Positions 1 to 10,100 of a stretch of 64,000 nucleotides of DNA are shown here, one piece after another (the stretch's first letter is position 1; each line of letters starts with the position of its first letter). The DNA is taken from assembly GCA_044440125.1 (NCBI GenBank), contig JBITAJ010000012.1, positions 160,001-224,000 on the forward strand, given 5' to 3'. The DNA comes from Sedimentisphaeraceae bacterium JB056 (lineage in GTDB: Bacteria > Planctomycetota > Phycisphaerae > Sedimentisphaerales > Sedimentisphaeraceae). The notes under the pieces were generated by a model. The model was given only the letters and a program-made list of their open reading frames with translations. It ran no database searches and was not told the origin of the DNA. The translations under genes and the position numbers were made by a program.

Positions 1-2
1 GT

Positions 3-1124
3 GATGACAGTGCCTACAGTATGTGCTGGTATTATCTCAATATTGGTACGGCAAGCAATAAACATCCTGGAATGATGTGTTTGGCGACCAGTGGCTACAG
101 ATTGCCGCCGGTTGTTATAGATATTGCTCTTGATGTTGCCGGAAGAGGAACATATGAAACGTATTCAAGAAGGCCCGGTTTGAATCTGATTCCAAGGCCC
201 GAAGGAGTTGCGACTGATACAAATGTGCTCGACCCTGATTACGGCGGAATTTTAAGATACACCTATGCAACGCCGGAGTATGTGATCGGAACAAGTATGC
301 TGGAAAACAGGCCGCAGGAGGATTGGACGGGTATAAGCTGTCAGAATCGCTGGCATGGTATTATATTCAGCATAGATAAGGATGCGAGGATTTTCCCGCA
401 ATGTGAGGGGCTCCCTCTTGATTATGCCAAGACATACAATCAGCAGTGGTCGGTTCAGAATAAGTCGACCCTGATCGCACAGAAGCTTAGAACCAGCAGC
501 CATACCGGTGATATGAGGGTTTATTTTTCCGGTGGTTCCAATATGATAATTTACGAAGAAGATGGATGGGTTTTCGGAAGGCTTACAAATGCCTTTGCCG
601 CAGTCCGTCCGGCATGGGGTACTTACAGTTGGGATGATGCAAATTGGATCCGTTTCAGTGACCCATACGCTCCGGCGATAATAGAGGTTGCCCCAAGCTC
701 TGATTTTTCAAACGTATTCAGTCTGTTCAAGGCAGAGGTTAAGTCTCACGTTCCGGTTGTTTCTAATGATGTGTTGACTTATGAGGGTTTGGGTGGTTCG
801 GGAACTTTTACTTTTTACACTAATTCGACGCAATTGCCAGAGATTAACGGCCAGACAATAGACCTTCAACCTGAGTTTACATTCAGCAGTCCGTTCATTG
901 CGGAAGAATTTGACAGTGGTTTGGTTACTATAAAGAAGGGCAGCAGAGAAGCTGTTTTTAACTTTGATCTTGCAGCAACAGGTTTTTGCGGCGAGTGGGG
1001 ATATTTTGGTTTTGACATTAATAAAGACTGCGTTGTCGATCTATTGGATTATTCCTTGCTGGCGACGCAATGGGCACAGTGTTCGCATCCGGCTTGGGCC
1101 GGTTGTGTAAATCCTGAGAATTGA
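3..1124 (+). CDS. SENH-family paralog 1 (5'-truncated by window edge), C-terminal half plus one dockerin-like motif
   Basis: Frame is open to the window edge (DDSAYSMCWYY matches the paralog at 37204). Has HPG, QNRWHG, YNQQWSVQ, GDMRVYF and a C-terminal DINKDCVVDLLD..W motif. Confidence 0.85.
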   Translation, partial: DDSAYSMCWYYLNIGTASNKHPGMMCLATSGYRLPPVVIDIALDVAGRGTYETYSRRPGLNLIPRPEGVATDTNVLDPDYGGILRYTYATPEYVIGTSMLENRPQEDWTGISCQNRWHGIIFSIDKDARIFPQCEGLPLDYAKTYNQQWSVQNKSTLIAQKLRTSSHTGDMRVYFSGGSNMIIYEEDGWVFGRLTNAFAAVRPAWGTYSWDDANWIRFSDPYAPAIIEVAPSSDFSNVFSLFKAEVKSHVPVVSNDVLTYEGLGGSGTFTFYTNSTQLPEINGQTIDLQPEFTFSSPFIAEEFDSGLVTIKKGSREAVFNFDLAATGFCGEWGYFGFDINKDCVVDLLDYSLLATQWAQCSHPAWAGCVNPEN

Positions 1125-1141
1125 TCTTTTTTGGAGATGAT

Positions 1142-3841
1142 ATGAAATTAGTATTGACTCTTTTATCTGTTACAATAATAAGCTCTTCGCTTTTTGCTCT
1201 TACTGACCAGGAGCTTAATGCGGTGCTCGATGGATTTGAAGCCAGACGTGATTCGATGCTTTCTTCACAGGTTTCAAGTCCGTATCCTTCAACCAATTAT
1301 CCTGAAGACGAAAATGTTGGCGGGTATGTTTGGAACAGGCAGGGATTTGCTCTTTCGGCATTGTATCTCAATACGCAATTAGCAGAGGCTAATCAGGCCA
1401 TAATCGATGCATGTAATGCGGAAAAAAATGAGCCCGCTGTTTACGATGAGAGTTTTCACTGGCGCGGGAATGTGTATTACAGGATATATAAATATTTCAA
1501 CAGCAATAGTGACTATTTCCCCGGCAGACTGACGCCGGCTGCAGAAGCGGCTATATGCGACATATTCTGGAACTGGGCGAAATATAAATCAGTACTGACT
1601 GATGCGGATTATTCACAGACAGATACGTGGCTTTACTGGGGCAGTGAAAACCACGATGCTATGCGTAAGAGCAGTTGTTGGAGTGCGGCGGATATCTTGA
1701 AAGATGTTCCTGCTTATCAGAATCTTACCTTTGATGACGGCGGCACTGCTGCACAACATTATGATGCCTGGACAGCATACTTTAAGAAGTATCTTACCGA
1801 GCGAGGTAAGAAGGGTTTACTTTTAGAGCTTGGCTCGCATACCTATCCCAAATATACGGTTCAGGGCTGGTATAATTTTTACGATTTTGCCGGCGATGAA
1901 GATCTAAGTATTCTTAGCGGTAAGTTACTTGATGCATGGTGGGCCGATTATGCACTTAATCAGTTTAACGGTGTTCGCGGCGGTGCAAAGATGAGGGTTT
2001 ATCAGGATGTCGCAACTTCAGGTCTTTCTGATGGAGCTCTTGGCATGTGCTGGTATTATCTTGATATCGGTACTGCGAAAAGCCGCCATCCTGGCGTGAT
2101 GTGTCTGGCAACAAGTGCTTACAGGCTTCCGCTTGTCGTGATGGATATTGCTCTGGATGTTGATGGCAGAGGAACTTATGAAAGCTATGAACGTCGTCAG
2201 GGTTTGCGCGATCAGTCAAAAGAAGATGATATTGAGGAAATAGGCATTGATGCTGAAACTCCGGGTATATTAACCTATGCATATCACAAACCTGAGTTTA
2301 TTTTAGGCAGCGGTATGTGGAATAAACTTCCAATGGATAGCTGGTCTCCTGTGAGCGCTCAGAACAGATGGGTTGGTGCAATCTTTTCCGTAGATGTAAA
2401 CGCGAGAATATTTCCTCAATGTGTTGGGCTTGTCAACGATAAGACATACAACCAGTATTGGAATGTTCAAAATAAAGGCACGCTCATAACCCAGAAACTT
2501 ACTACAAGCACTCAATCTGGAGATATGCGGGTCTATTTCTCCGGCGGCTCAAATATGATAATTTATGAAGAGGATGGCTGGATATTCGGAAGGCTTACAA
2601 ATGCTTTTGCCGCGGTTCGTCCTGCCTGGGGAACATACAGCTGGGATGATGCGAACTGGATCAGATTCAGCGATCCATATGCTCCGGTTATTATGGAAGT
2701 TGCGGCAAGCTCTGATTTTTCAAACGTATTCAGTCTGTTCAAGGCAGAGGTTAAGACGCATGTTCCAACAGTTGATGCTAATGGTGTTCTTACGTATACG
2801 GGGCTACTTGATTCGGGAACTTTTACATTCTACACTCAATCAACGGATCTGCCTGAAATAAACGGCCAGCCTGTGGACCTTGCACCTTCAAAGACTTTCA
2901 ACAGTCCGTTTATGAATGAAGACTGGGATAGCGGTATTATAAATGTTACAAAAGACGATAGAAGCTTGACGATTGATCTCAACTACGATCAAGAGGTTAC
3001 CTGTCAGCCGGTAACATACGACCTTAATGATGATTGTCTTGTTGATAGCGGCGACTTGGAAATTCTTGCCGCAAATTGGCTCGAGGATATTTCTTTCGAA
3101 CCGGTGCAGCAGTCTTTCGTTGATAGTAGCGGAGTTTTAGGGTTATGGCATCTTGAAGCAATAACTCCCGATAGCACTCAGGATTTCTTCAATGATGATG
3201 ATTCTGCCAACTCAGGTAGAAACAACGATTTGGGTATATGGGCAGGCGGTGCTCCTTATGTGAGTGTTATTAATGACGGCAAGTTTGGAAATGCCGTTGA
3301 TATCAATTACAGCGCAGACAGTGTATACCTTCTTTTAGCAGGTAACTGGGATCCGCTTGATACGACGTTTGCTTTCCGCGGATGGATAAGGCTTGGCGAT
3401 GAAGGAGATACGGGCGGATATCTTGCCCACGTTTATGACAGGGTTTATTTATACTGTAATACTACGACGCTTACGTTTAATGTTACAGATGGCGTTGATA
3501 ACGTAATGATAACTGCTGCCCTCGATGATGTTTCCCAGTGGCAATATGTTGAAGCGATTTATACGGCAACAGATATAACGTTAAAAACGAATATTGAAAC
3601 TGTCACTGATGCCTCTATCGGTCCGATATCAGTTAGGCCCGATAAACTCGGTTTCTATATTGGAAGTAGAAAAAATGCAAATAGATTTGTCGGACAGATG
3701 GATGAGATAAGAATCTCAACGGCTGATGAAATCGCTTGTGATGATTTTGCTGTGTTGACAGGTGATTTGAATATTGATTGTCAGGTTGACAATGGTGATC
3801 TGTCTGTGATTGCGCAGCATTGGCTTGAAATCGTTGAGTAA
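1142..3841 (+). CDS. Secreted SENH-family paralog 2 with a LamG-like domain between two dockerin-like motifs
   Basis: ATG 1142 after GGAG; signal peptide; WGSENHD, ELGSHTYPKY, GVRGGAKMR; tail GLWH...FVGQMDEIRIS bracketed by DLNDDCLVD and DLNIDCQVD. Confidence 0.85.
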   Translation: MKLVLTLLSVTIISSSLFALTDQELNAVLDGFEARRDSMLSSQVSSPYPSTNYPEDENVGGYVWNRQGFALSALYLNTQLAEANQAIIDACNAEKNEPAVYDESFHWRGNVYYRIYKYFNSNSDYFPGRLTPAAEAAICDIFWNWAKYKSVLTDADYSQTDTWLYWGSENHDAMRKSSCWSAADILKDVPAYQNLTFDDGGTAAQHYDAWTAYFKKYLTERGKKGLLLELGSHTYPKYTVQGWYNFYDFAGDEDLSILSGKLLDAWWADYALNQFNGVRGGAKMRVYQDVATSGLSDGALGMCWYYLDIGTAKSRHPGVMCLATSAYRLPLVVMDIALDVDGRGTYESYERRQGLRDQSKEDDIEEIGIDAETPGILTYAYHKPEFILGSGMWNKLPMDSWSPVSAQNRWVGAIFSVDVNARIFPQCVGLVNDKTYNQYWNVQNKGTLITQKLTTSTQSGDMRVYFSGGSNMIIYEEDGWIFGRLTNAFAAVRPAWGTYSWDDANWIRFSDPYAPVIMEVAASSDFSNVFSLFKAEVKTHVPTVDANGVLTYTGLLDSGTFTFYTQSTDLPEINGQPVDLAPSKTFNSPFMNEDWDSGIINVTKDDRSLTIDLNYDQEVTCQPVTYDLNDDCLVDSGDLEILAANWLEDISFEPVQQSFVDSSGVLGLWHLEAITPDSTQDFFNDDDSANSGRNNDLGIWAGGAPYVSVINDGKFGNAVDINYSADSVYLLLAGNWDPLDTTFAFRGWIRLGDEGDTGGYLAHVYDRVYLYCNTTTLTFNVTDGVDNVMITAALDDVSQWQYVEAIYTATDITLKTNIETVTDASIGPISVRPDKLGFYIGSRKNANRFVGQMDEIRISTADEIACDDFAVLTGDLNIDCQVDNGDLSVIAQHWLEIVE

Positions 3842-3863
3842 AGATATTTAGGAGTAGGATTTG

Positions 3864-5303
3864 ATGACCAGGACTTTTTTTTTGAAAGCCTTTTTGATTC
3901 TTTTCGTTTGTGGATTGACTGTTGCTGATATTAAGCTGCCTTCTGTGATAGGCAATAATATGGTTCTTCAGCAAAACAGTGATGCTTCTATCTGGGGATG
4001 GGGCAATGCCGGTGAGAAGGTGACTGTCGCCGGAAGTTGGCATAAAAAGATTTATTCAGCGATTGCTGACGAAGATGGCAAGTGGTCTGTTAAAGTTCTG
4101 ACTCCGAAAGCCGGCGGGCCTTACACACTGACAGTAAAAGGTGATAATCTAATCACTTTGAAAAATATTATGATCGGTGAGGTTTGGCTTTGCGGCGGAC
4201 AGTCTAATATGGCCATGACTTTTTACAGAGAGAAAAAGGCAGGCGATAAAACTATTGTTTACAAGATTGATAATCATGAGCAGGAACGTCTGGCAGCGGA
4301 TTATCCAGATATCAGAGTTTTACGTGCAAAAGCTAATCCCTGGCATTCAGAGACGCCGGTTGATGATGTGAGAGGTTCATGGCAGGTATGTGCTCCTGAT
4401 ATGGCGGAGAATATGCCGGCAGTGCCGTATTTTTTTGGCCGCGAGCTGCATAAAAAGCTTGATGTCCCTGTCGGGTTGATTGTAAACGCCGTACCGGCGA
4501 CCCGTGTTGAGCCATGGACTAACGCGGCAGGTTTTGATTCAGTACCGGAGCTTAAATCGATAGCCTCCGAGCTTAAAAAAGAAGACACTGTGCTTAAAGA
4601 CAAACCGGGTGTTCTTTACAATACCCTGGTTCATCCATTGGTCCCTTATGCGATTCGCGGAGCCATTTGGTATCAGGGTGAATCAAATCTTGGCGATCAC
4701 ATGATCTATTACCACAAGATGAGGGCGTTGATAAACGGCTGGCGAAAGGTCTGGGGACAGGGCGATTTCCCTTTCTATTTTGTGCAATTGGCGCCATGCG
4801 GCGGATTCTATGAAGATATGCAGTTGCCTAAATTGTGGGAAGCACAGGCAGCGGCACTTGATATAAAGAACACGGGTATGGCACTCAATAGCGATCTTAG
4901 CGATTTAGATTTGCATCCCGCTAATAAACAGGATGTAGGCAAACGACTGGCACAGTTGGCATTGGCTAAAAATTACGGTGTCAAAGGTATTGTTTATGAT
5001 GGACCTAGTTATAGATCAATGGAGGTTCAGGATAATAAAATTCGTATCAGCTTTAATAATGCCGGGGGCCCGCTTCAATCGAGAGACGGCAGGCCGCTGG
5101 ACTGGTTTACTATAGCAGGTGATGATAAAGTTTTTATTCCTGCTAAGGCAAAAATTGACGATGATGGAGTGGTGGTTTACAACGAAAAGATTACTCGACC
5201 GGTTGCCGTTCGTTTTGGTTGGAAAAAAGAAGCGCAGCCTAATCTGATGAATGCAGAAGGTTTGCCGGCTTATCCGTTCCGCACTGATGACTGGTCGTTA
5301 TAA
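3864..5303 (+). CDS. Sialate O-acetylesterase-like (SASA/DUF303) SGNH carbohydrate esterase, secreted
   Basis: GEVWLCGGQSNM, WYQGESN, LHPANKQDVGKRLA and NLMNAEGLPAYPFRTDDW motifs; signal peptide. Confidence 0.9.
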   Translation: MTRTFFLKAFLILFVCGLTVADIKLPSVIGNNMVLQQNSDASIWGWGNAGEKVTVAGSWHKKIYSAIADEDGKWSVKVLTPKAGGPYTLTVKGDNLITLKNIMIGEVWLCGGQSNMAMTFYREKKAGDKTIVYKIDNHEQERLAADYPDIRVLRAKANPWHSETPVDDVRGSWQVCAPDMAENMPAVPYFFGRELHKKLDVPVGLIVNAVPATRVEPWTNAAGFDSVPELKSIASELKKEDTVLKDKPGVLYNTLVHPLVPYAIRGAIWYQGESNLGDHMIYYHKMRALINGWRKVWGQGDFPFYFVQLAPCGGFYEDMQLPKLWEAQAAALDIKNTGMALNSDLSDLDLHPANKQDVGKRLAQLALAKNYGVKGIVYDGPSYRSMEVQDNKIRISFNNAGGPLQSRDGRPLDWFTIAGDDKVFIPAKAKIDDDGVVVYNEKITRPVAVRFGWKKEAQPNLMNAEGLPAYPFRTDDWSL

Positions 5304-5383
5304 AAATAGATTTATTTTAGCATCTTGTTTAAGAGTTGATAGTTAGTGTAGTTATGCTTTAAAGCTAATAACAGGGAGATATT

Positions 5384-5497
5384 ATGCGTAAGTTTTTGGT
5401 CCTTTCATCTATTTTGATTTCAATAAACGTTTTTGCTGTCAGCGATAAGGAAATTAATTCACTCAAAGAATTGGTTAAAATATTAAATGCATACTAA
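5384..5497 (+). pseudogene. 37-aa relic resembling the signal peptide and N-terminus of a SENH-family paralog
   Basis: GGGAG RBS, then MRKFLVLSSILISINVFAVSDKEINSLKELVKILNAY*. FAVSDKEINSLKE resembles FALTDQELNAVLD, AALTDSELNAFRD and ALNDEKIKALKD. Confidence 0.55.
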
Positions 5498-5556
5498 TTT
5501 GGTTGCATGTGTGTTTTATTGGTTGATTAATATCTTAAAATCATGAAAGTGAGAAA

Positions 5557-7155
5557 ATGTGCAGGGTTAAAGTAATTATTACGGTAATTTCTATGTTATT
5601 AACCGAATTTGTAATTGGAAGTACTATTGTCAGGGACTCGAATGTTTATGAAACACTCTCTCCGATACGCCAGGGTATAAAAGGTGTAACACCTTTCTGG
5701 AATGAATATGCCTTTCGATTTATTTATGTTCCGTCATTCAATTTTGAACCTGTTGATGGCGCTATAAAATATAAGTTTACTGCTACAGCTACAGATGGGG
5801 AAATGTATGAATTCTGTGCTCAACGTCCTGATGCACTGCTTACTCCGATATGGTTAGAACTTCCGATAGACCAGATAAAATTGAAGGTTGAAGCGATTGA
5901 TGCTGATGGCAAGATTATTTCTTTGGCAGGTGAGAGGGTGTTTGAGAAAGCTGCCCCCTATAATGGACCCTATAGGCAAGAGAAATATGACTATTCCAAA
6001 AGTGCCAGAAGGGCTATGGATGAATTCTTTAAGCTTGATATTGTAAAAGACTGGGGTAATACGGGTAAGCCATCGCCTGAGTATCAATACCGAAACAGGT
6101 ATGCGGCCAAAATGATGAGTGCTGTTGTTGATGGCGCAGCGCTTTATGCAAGTATGGAACCCAAGCCCGCTAATATTGATGAAGTCTTAAATATTGGTAA
6201 AGCAGCAGCAGATTATCTGCTCTCAATCCATTATCCTTCCGGCTCCCCGGTTGAAAATTTTCCGCCGACATACTACGGTATGGAAAAGGAAGGACACATG
6301 GATGTTAATAATTGTATGATTACAGAGGCAGCGAATGCAGGTCGTGCCTATCTTGATTTGTATAAAGCGACAGGTCTAAAAAAGTATCTTGAGGCCGGGC
6401 ATAAAATTGCGGATACCTACAAGAAATTGCAGCTTGCAAATGGAACGTGGTATCTTGTTGTTGATATAAAAACAGGCGAGCCTATTTTTAATAATTACGC
6501 CAACCCGCAGAGTATTATCAATTTTCTTGATGTTCTTATAAAAGATTACGGGCGTGATGATTTGGTTAGGGTTGTTAATAAAGCGGTCAAATGGACAATA
6601 GCTAATCCATGTAAGACATTCAACTGGCAGAATCAGTTTGAGGATATGGTGCCGGAGAAAGCGTATAAAAATTTATCCCGTGGCGAGGCGACAAGCTTTG
6701 CGCAGTGGCTCTTGCAAAATGCGGCAAAAGACCCTGTGTATATCGAGATGGCTAAAGAGATCATAATGTATTCCGAAGACCAGTTTGTTGTATGGTCAAA
6801 TCCGCCGATCAATACAAATAGACAAACTGAATATGTTTTGTTCCCTGCCGAATATTATTCAACGGACAAATGGATCATGCCTTGTGTTTGTGAGCAGTAT
6901 TTGTTTTGGCAGCCTGTTAATGCAAGTTCAGTAAGTATGATATCTGCTTACAGAAGTGCTTATGAACTTACCGGCGAAGAAATTTATATGGCAAAAGCTA
7001 AAGATTTGGCTGATTCAATAGTGTATGCTCAGGAAGAATATCACAGTGGCCGTTATCTTACATATCTTACGTCTGTTGAAAGGGATTACTGGATGAACTG
7101 TACTGTTGTATCTGCACGTGTAATGTATGCTTTTGGTGAGTTTGTTAAGAGATAA
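5557..7155 (+). CDS. Secreted protein of unknown function, probable alpha/alpha-barrel (six-hairpin glycosidase-like)
   Basis: 532-aa ORF with hydrophobic N-terminus; repeated helical hairpin motifs AYLDLYKATGLKKYLEA..LQLANGTW and AYELTGEEIYMAKAKDLADSI. Confidence 0.6.
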   Translation: MCRVKVIITVISMLLTEFVIGSTIVRDSNVYETLSPIRQGIKGVTPFWNEYAFRFIYVPSFNFEPVDGAIKYKFTATATDGEMYEFCAQRPDALLTPIWLELPIDQIKLKVEAIDADGKIISLAGERVFEKAAPYNGPYRQEKYDYSKSARRAMDEFFKLDIVKDWGNTGKPSPEYQYRNRYAAKMMSAVVDGAALYASMEPKPANIDEVLNIGKAAADYLLSIHYPSGSPVENFPPTYYGMEKEGHMDVNNCMITEAANAGRAYLDLYKATGLKKYLEAGHKIADTYKKLQLANGTWYLVVDIKTGEPIFNNYANPQSIINFLDVLIKDYGRDDLVRVVNKAVKWTIANPCKTFNWQNQFEDMVPEKAYKNLSRGEATSFAQWLLQNAAKDPVYIEMAKEIIMYSEDQFVVWSNPPINTNRQTEYVLFPAEYYSTDKWIMPCVCEQYLFWQPVNASSVSMISAYRSAYELTGEEIYMAKAKDLADSIVYAQEEYHSGRYLTYLTSVERDYWMNCTVVSARVMYAFGEFVKR

Positions 7156-7187
7156 AATTTATGTAAATAGGATCAGAAAGTATTATT

Positions 7188-10100
7188 GTGTGTATCAAAT
7201 TAGTTTTAGGTATGTTGTTGTTTTCAGCTGGATGGGTATATTCTTTTACGGCTCAGGAGTTGATTGAAATAAGAGATGGCTTTAACGCTCGTCGTGATGC
7301 GGCAATGGAACAAATGCGTGGTGAACCTTTGGTTATTGCTAAAAAGCTGCCTCCTCTCTCGCCGGGGCGAGGCCCATACACACGCAGCTTTGCCTGGTCG
7401 ATCACTGATTTCGCGATGAAGTCGTTATGGCTCAATGATCAGGTTGATACTGCCAACGAAGCACTCAAAACTTATAGTGAGTATTATATAAGCGACAAGA
7501 TCGGTCGCAATGACCGTGACAGTTTTTATTGGGCATCGGACTGTATTTGCAGAATCGTTGAGTTTTACGGACGTAACGGCTCGATAGCTCCGGGACGGCT
7601 TACGGCTGACACTGAAGATGCGATCCTTGATATGATGTGGCAGTATGCCAGAGAAAACTCAAAGGTTGATTCACTTGATGAGGTTTACGATGTGTACGCA
7701 AAGTGGGATTGGGGCAAAATGGGTGACGTGCCGTTGCCGGCGTCAGCAAATGTTGAACGTTCGAAAACATGGGATGTCATTGAATCTGAAAATCATCATA
7801 TGATGAAGCTTTCAACCCTGTGGCACTTTTCCAAACTATTGAGCAAATCAACTAAGTATCAGAAATTGAAATACGATGATGGGTTTGTAGCAGACGAACA
7901 TTATGCCGCATGGACTGAGTATGCGAAGGAATATTGCATCCAGAGGGCAAAGAAGGGTCTGTTTGTTGAAATGGCTGATGAAGGCTACAATGCGCAAACG
8001 CTCAAATTTCTTTACAACTATTATGACTTTGCCGATGATAAGGATTTGAGCAAGGTTGCCGGTAATCTGCTTACACTTTACTATGCCTCGTGGGCACAGG
8101 AGCAGATAGACGGAGTACGCGGCGGTGGTAAGAGCCGTATGTACGGCAAGAAAGACCACAGAGGTACGGGTCGCATAGGTGAATACATGTGGTTTTATGC
8201 GTCGATGGGTGAGCAACCGAAGGTTTCAGCGGAATTTTTCACTGTTATTACCAGCAGTTACAGGTTGCCGCTTATTGTTATAGATTTGGTATTGGATGTT
8301 CAGGGTAGGGGCGATTATGAGTTGTGGGAACGGCCTTTGGGACTTGCCAGGGATGGTTTTTATACCAATCCGCACTACAAGCTGCGAACTGATTATGGCG
8401 GTATCGTCCGTTACAGCTACTGTACCCCGGATTTTATAATGGGTCTGCCTATGGTCGAAGCAAGGCCGTTTGAGGACTGGGTGCTGATAAGCAGTCAAAG
8501 CCGTTGGCAGGGTGTTATTTTTGAAGGTGATCAGCTTGCGAGGATCTATCCGCAATGCAAACCTGATGATGGCAGTGTTTCGTTCAATCAGCAGTGGGGT
8601 GTGCAGAAGAAGGGAACCATGATCACGCAGCGATTGAGTGAGTCAATGGCTAAAGGTGCCGGTGCAATGCGGGTATGGTTTGGAAGCGATGGTTTAAGCG
8701 AACCTGTGGAAAATGACGGCTGGGCATTCTCGCAGTCTAAAGGTGCTTATGCCGCAGTTCGCCCTGCACGCGGAGGGTATTCATGGCAGCCATCTGATGT
8801 TTTACCTATAAAAGGGCGATGGATGACATTGGCTGATACCTTCTCTCCTGTTATAATTGAGGTTGCACAAAGAAGCGATTTTGCCGATTACAACGCGTTT
8901 CAAACGGCGGTAAAAGCACTGCCTTTACTTTGGAAGGGTGAGCAGCTCAACTTTACAGGTCTTGGCGGCCATACGTTTACTTTTTATGCCGATTACTCAC
9001 ATAGCCCAAAGATCGACGGCAAGCAGGTTGATTATGCACCTGAAAACGTTTTTAAGAGTCCATTCATTAATTCCAAATGGGATAGCGGAATCGTTACAAT
9101 AACAAAAGAGGGCAGAGAGCTTGTTCTTGATTTTGTCGATACTACCGGCGCTCTCAATGATGAAAAGATCAAGGCTTTGAAAGATGGTTTCGATGCAAGA
9201 AGCAAGAGTGTGCTTGAAAGTCAGGTGGCTTCGCCTTATCCGGGTATTGACACTTTTGTCTGGAACAAACAGGATTTTGCTCTTTCGGCATTGATGCTCA
9301 ATACAAGGCTTGACGATGCCAACAGGGCAGTAATTGAAGCTTGTGATTATATCCTCGAAAATGAAAAATGTCCTGTGGAGTGCAGTCTGCATTGGAATAT
9401 AAATTTGTTTTTCAGAATCTATGAATATTTCAATGCTGAAAGTTCGCATTATCCGGGCAGACTAAGCTCTGAAGCAGAGAAAAAAATAATCGATGTTATG
9501 TGGTTCTGGCTTGAGAGCAATTCGAAGATTTCCGATGCGGATATTGCAAATTATAAGACATGGCGGATATGGGGAAGTGAAAATCATGATGGGATGAAGA
9601 ATACCTCAAATTGGTCGGCGGCTAAAGTGCTTTCGCGTTTGCCGCAGTATCGTGATAAGAAATGCAAGGACGGCAAGAGTGTTGAAAAGCATTACGCCGT
9701 TTGGACGGATTACTTCAAGGAATATCTCAGGGAACGGGCCATAAGAGGCGGGCTTATTGAGGATGGAGCTCATTCGTATTCAAAGTATACGCTTCAGGGC
9801 TGGTATAACTTCTATGACTTCGCCGATGATCCGGTACTTCAAAAACGTGCTGAATATTCGCTTGATCTTTGGTGGACTTGCTGGGCTCTTGAACAGATTG
9901 AAGGGTTAAGGGGGTCTGCAAAGTCGCGTACTTACCATGATGCCTTGCAGCCATTCAGGGATAATGCCTATGGGATGTGCTGGTTCTATTTTGGTATTGG
10001 TACTCCAAGAAGCAAGCATCCGGGAATTATGTGTTTGGCCGCAAGTGAATATAAGCCTGCCGATATTATATATGATATCGCTTTGGATATCGACGGCAGA

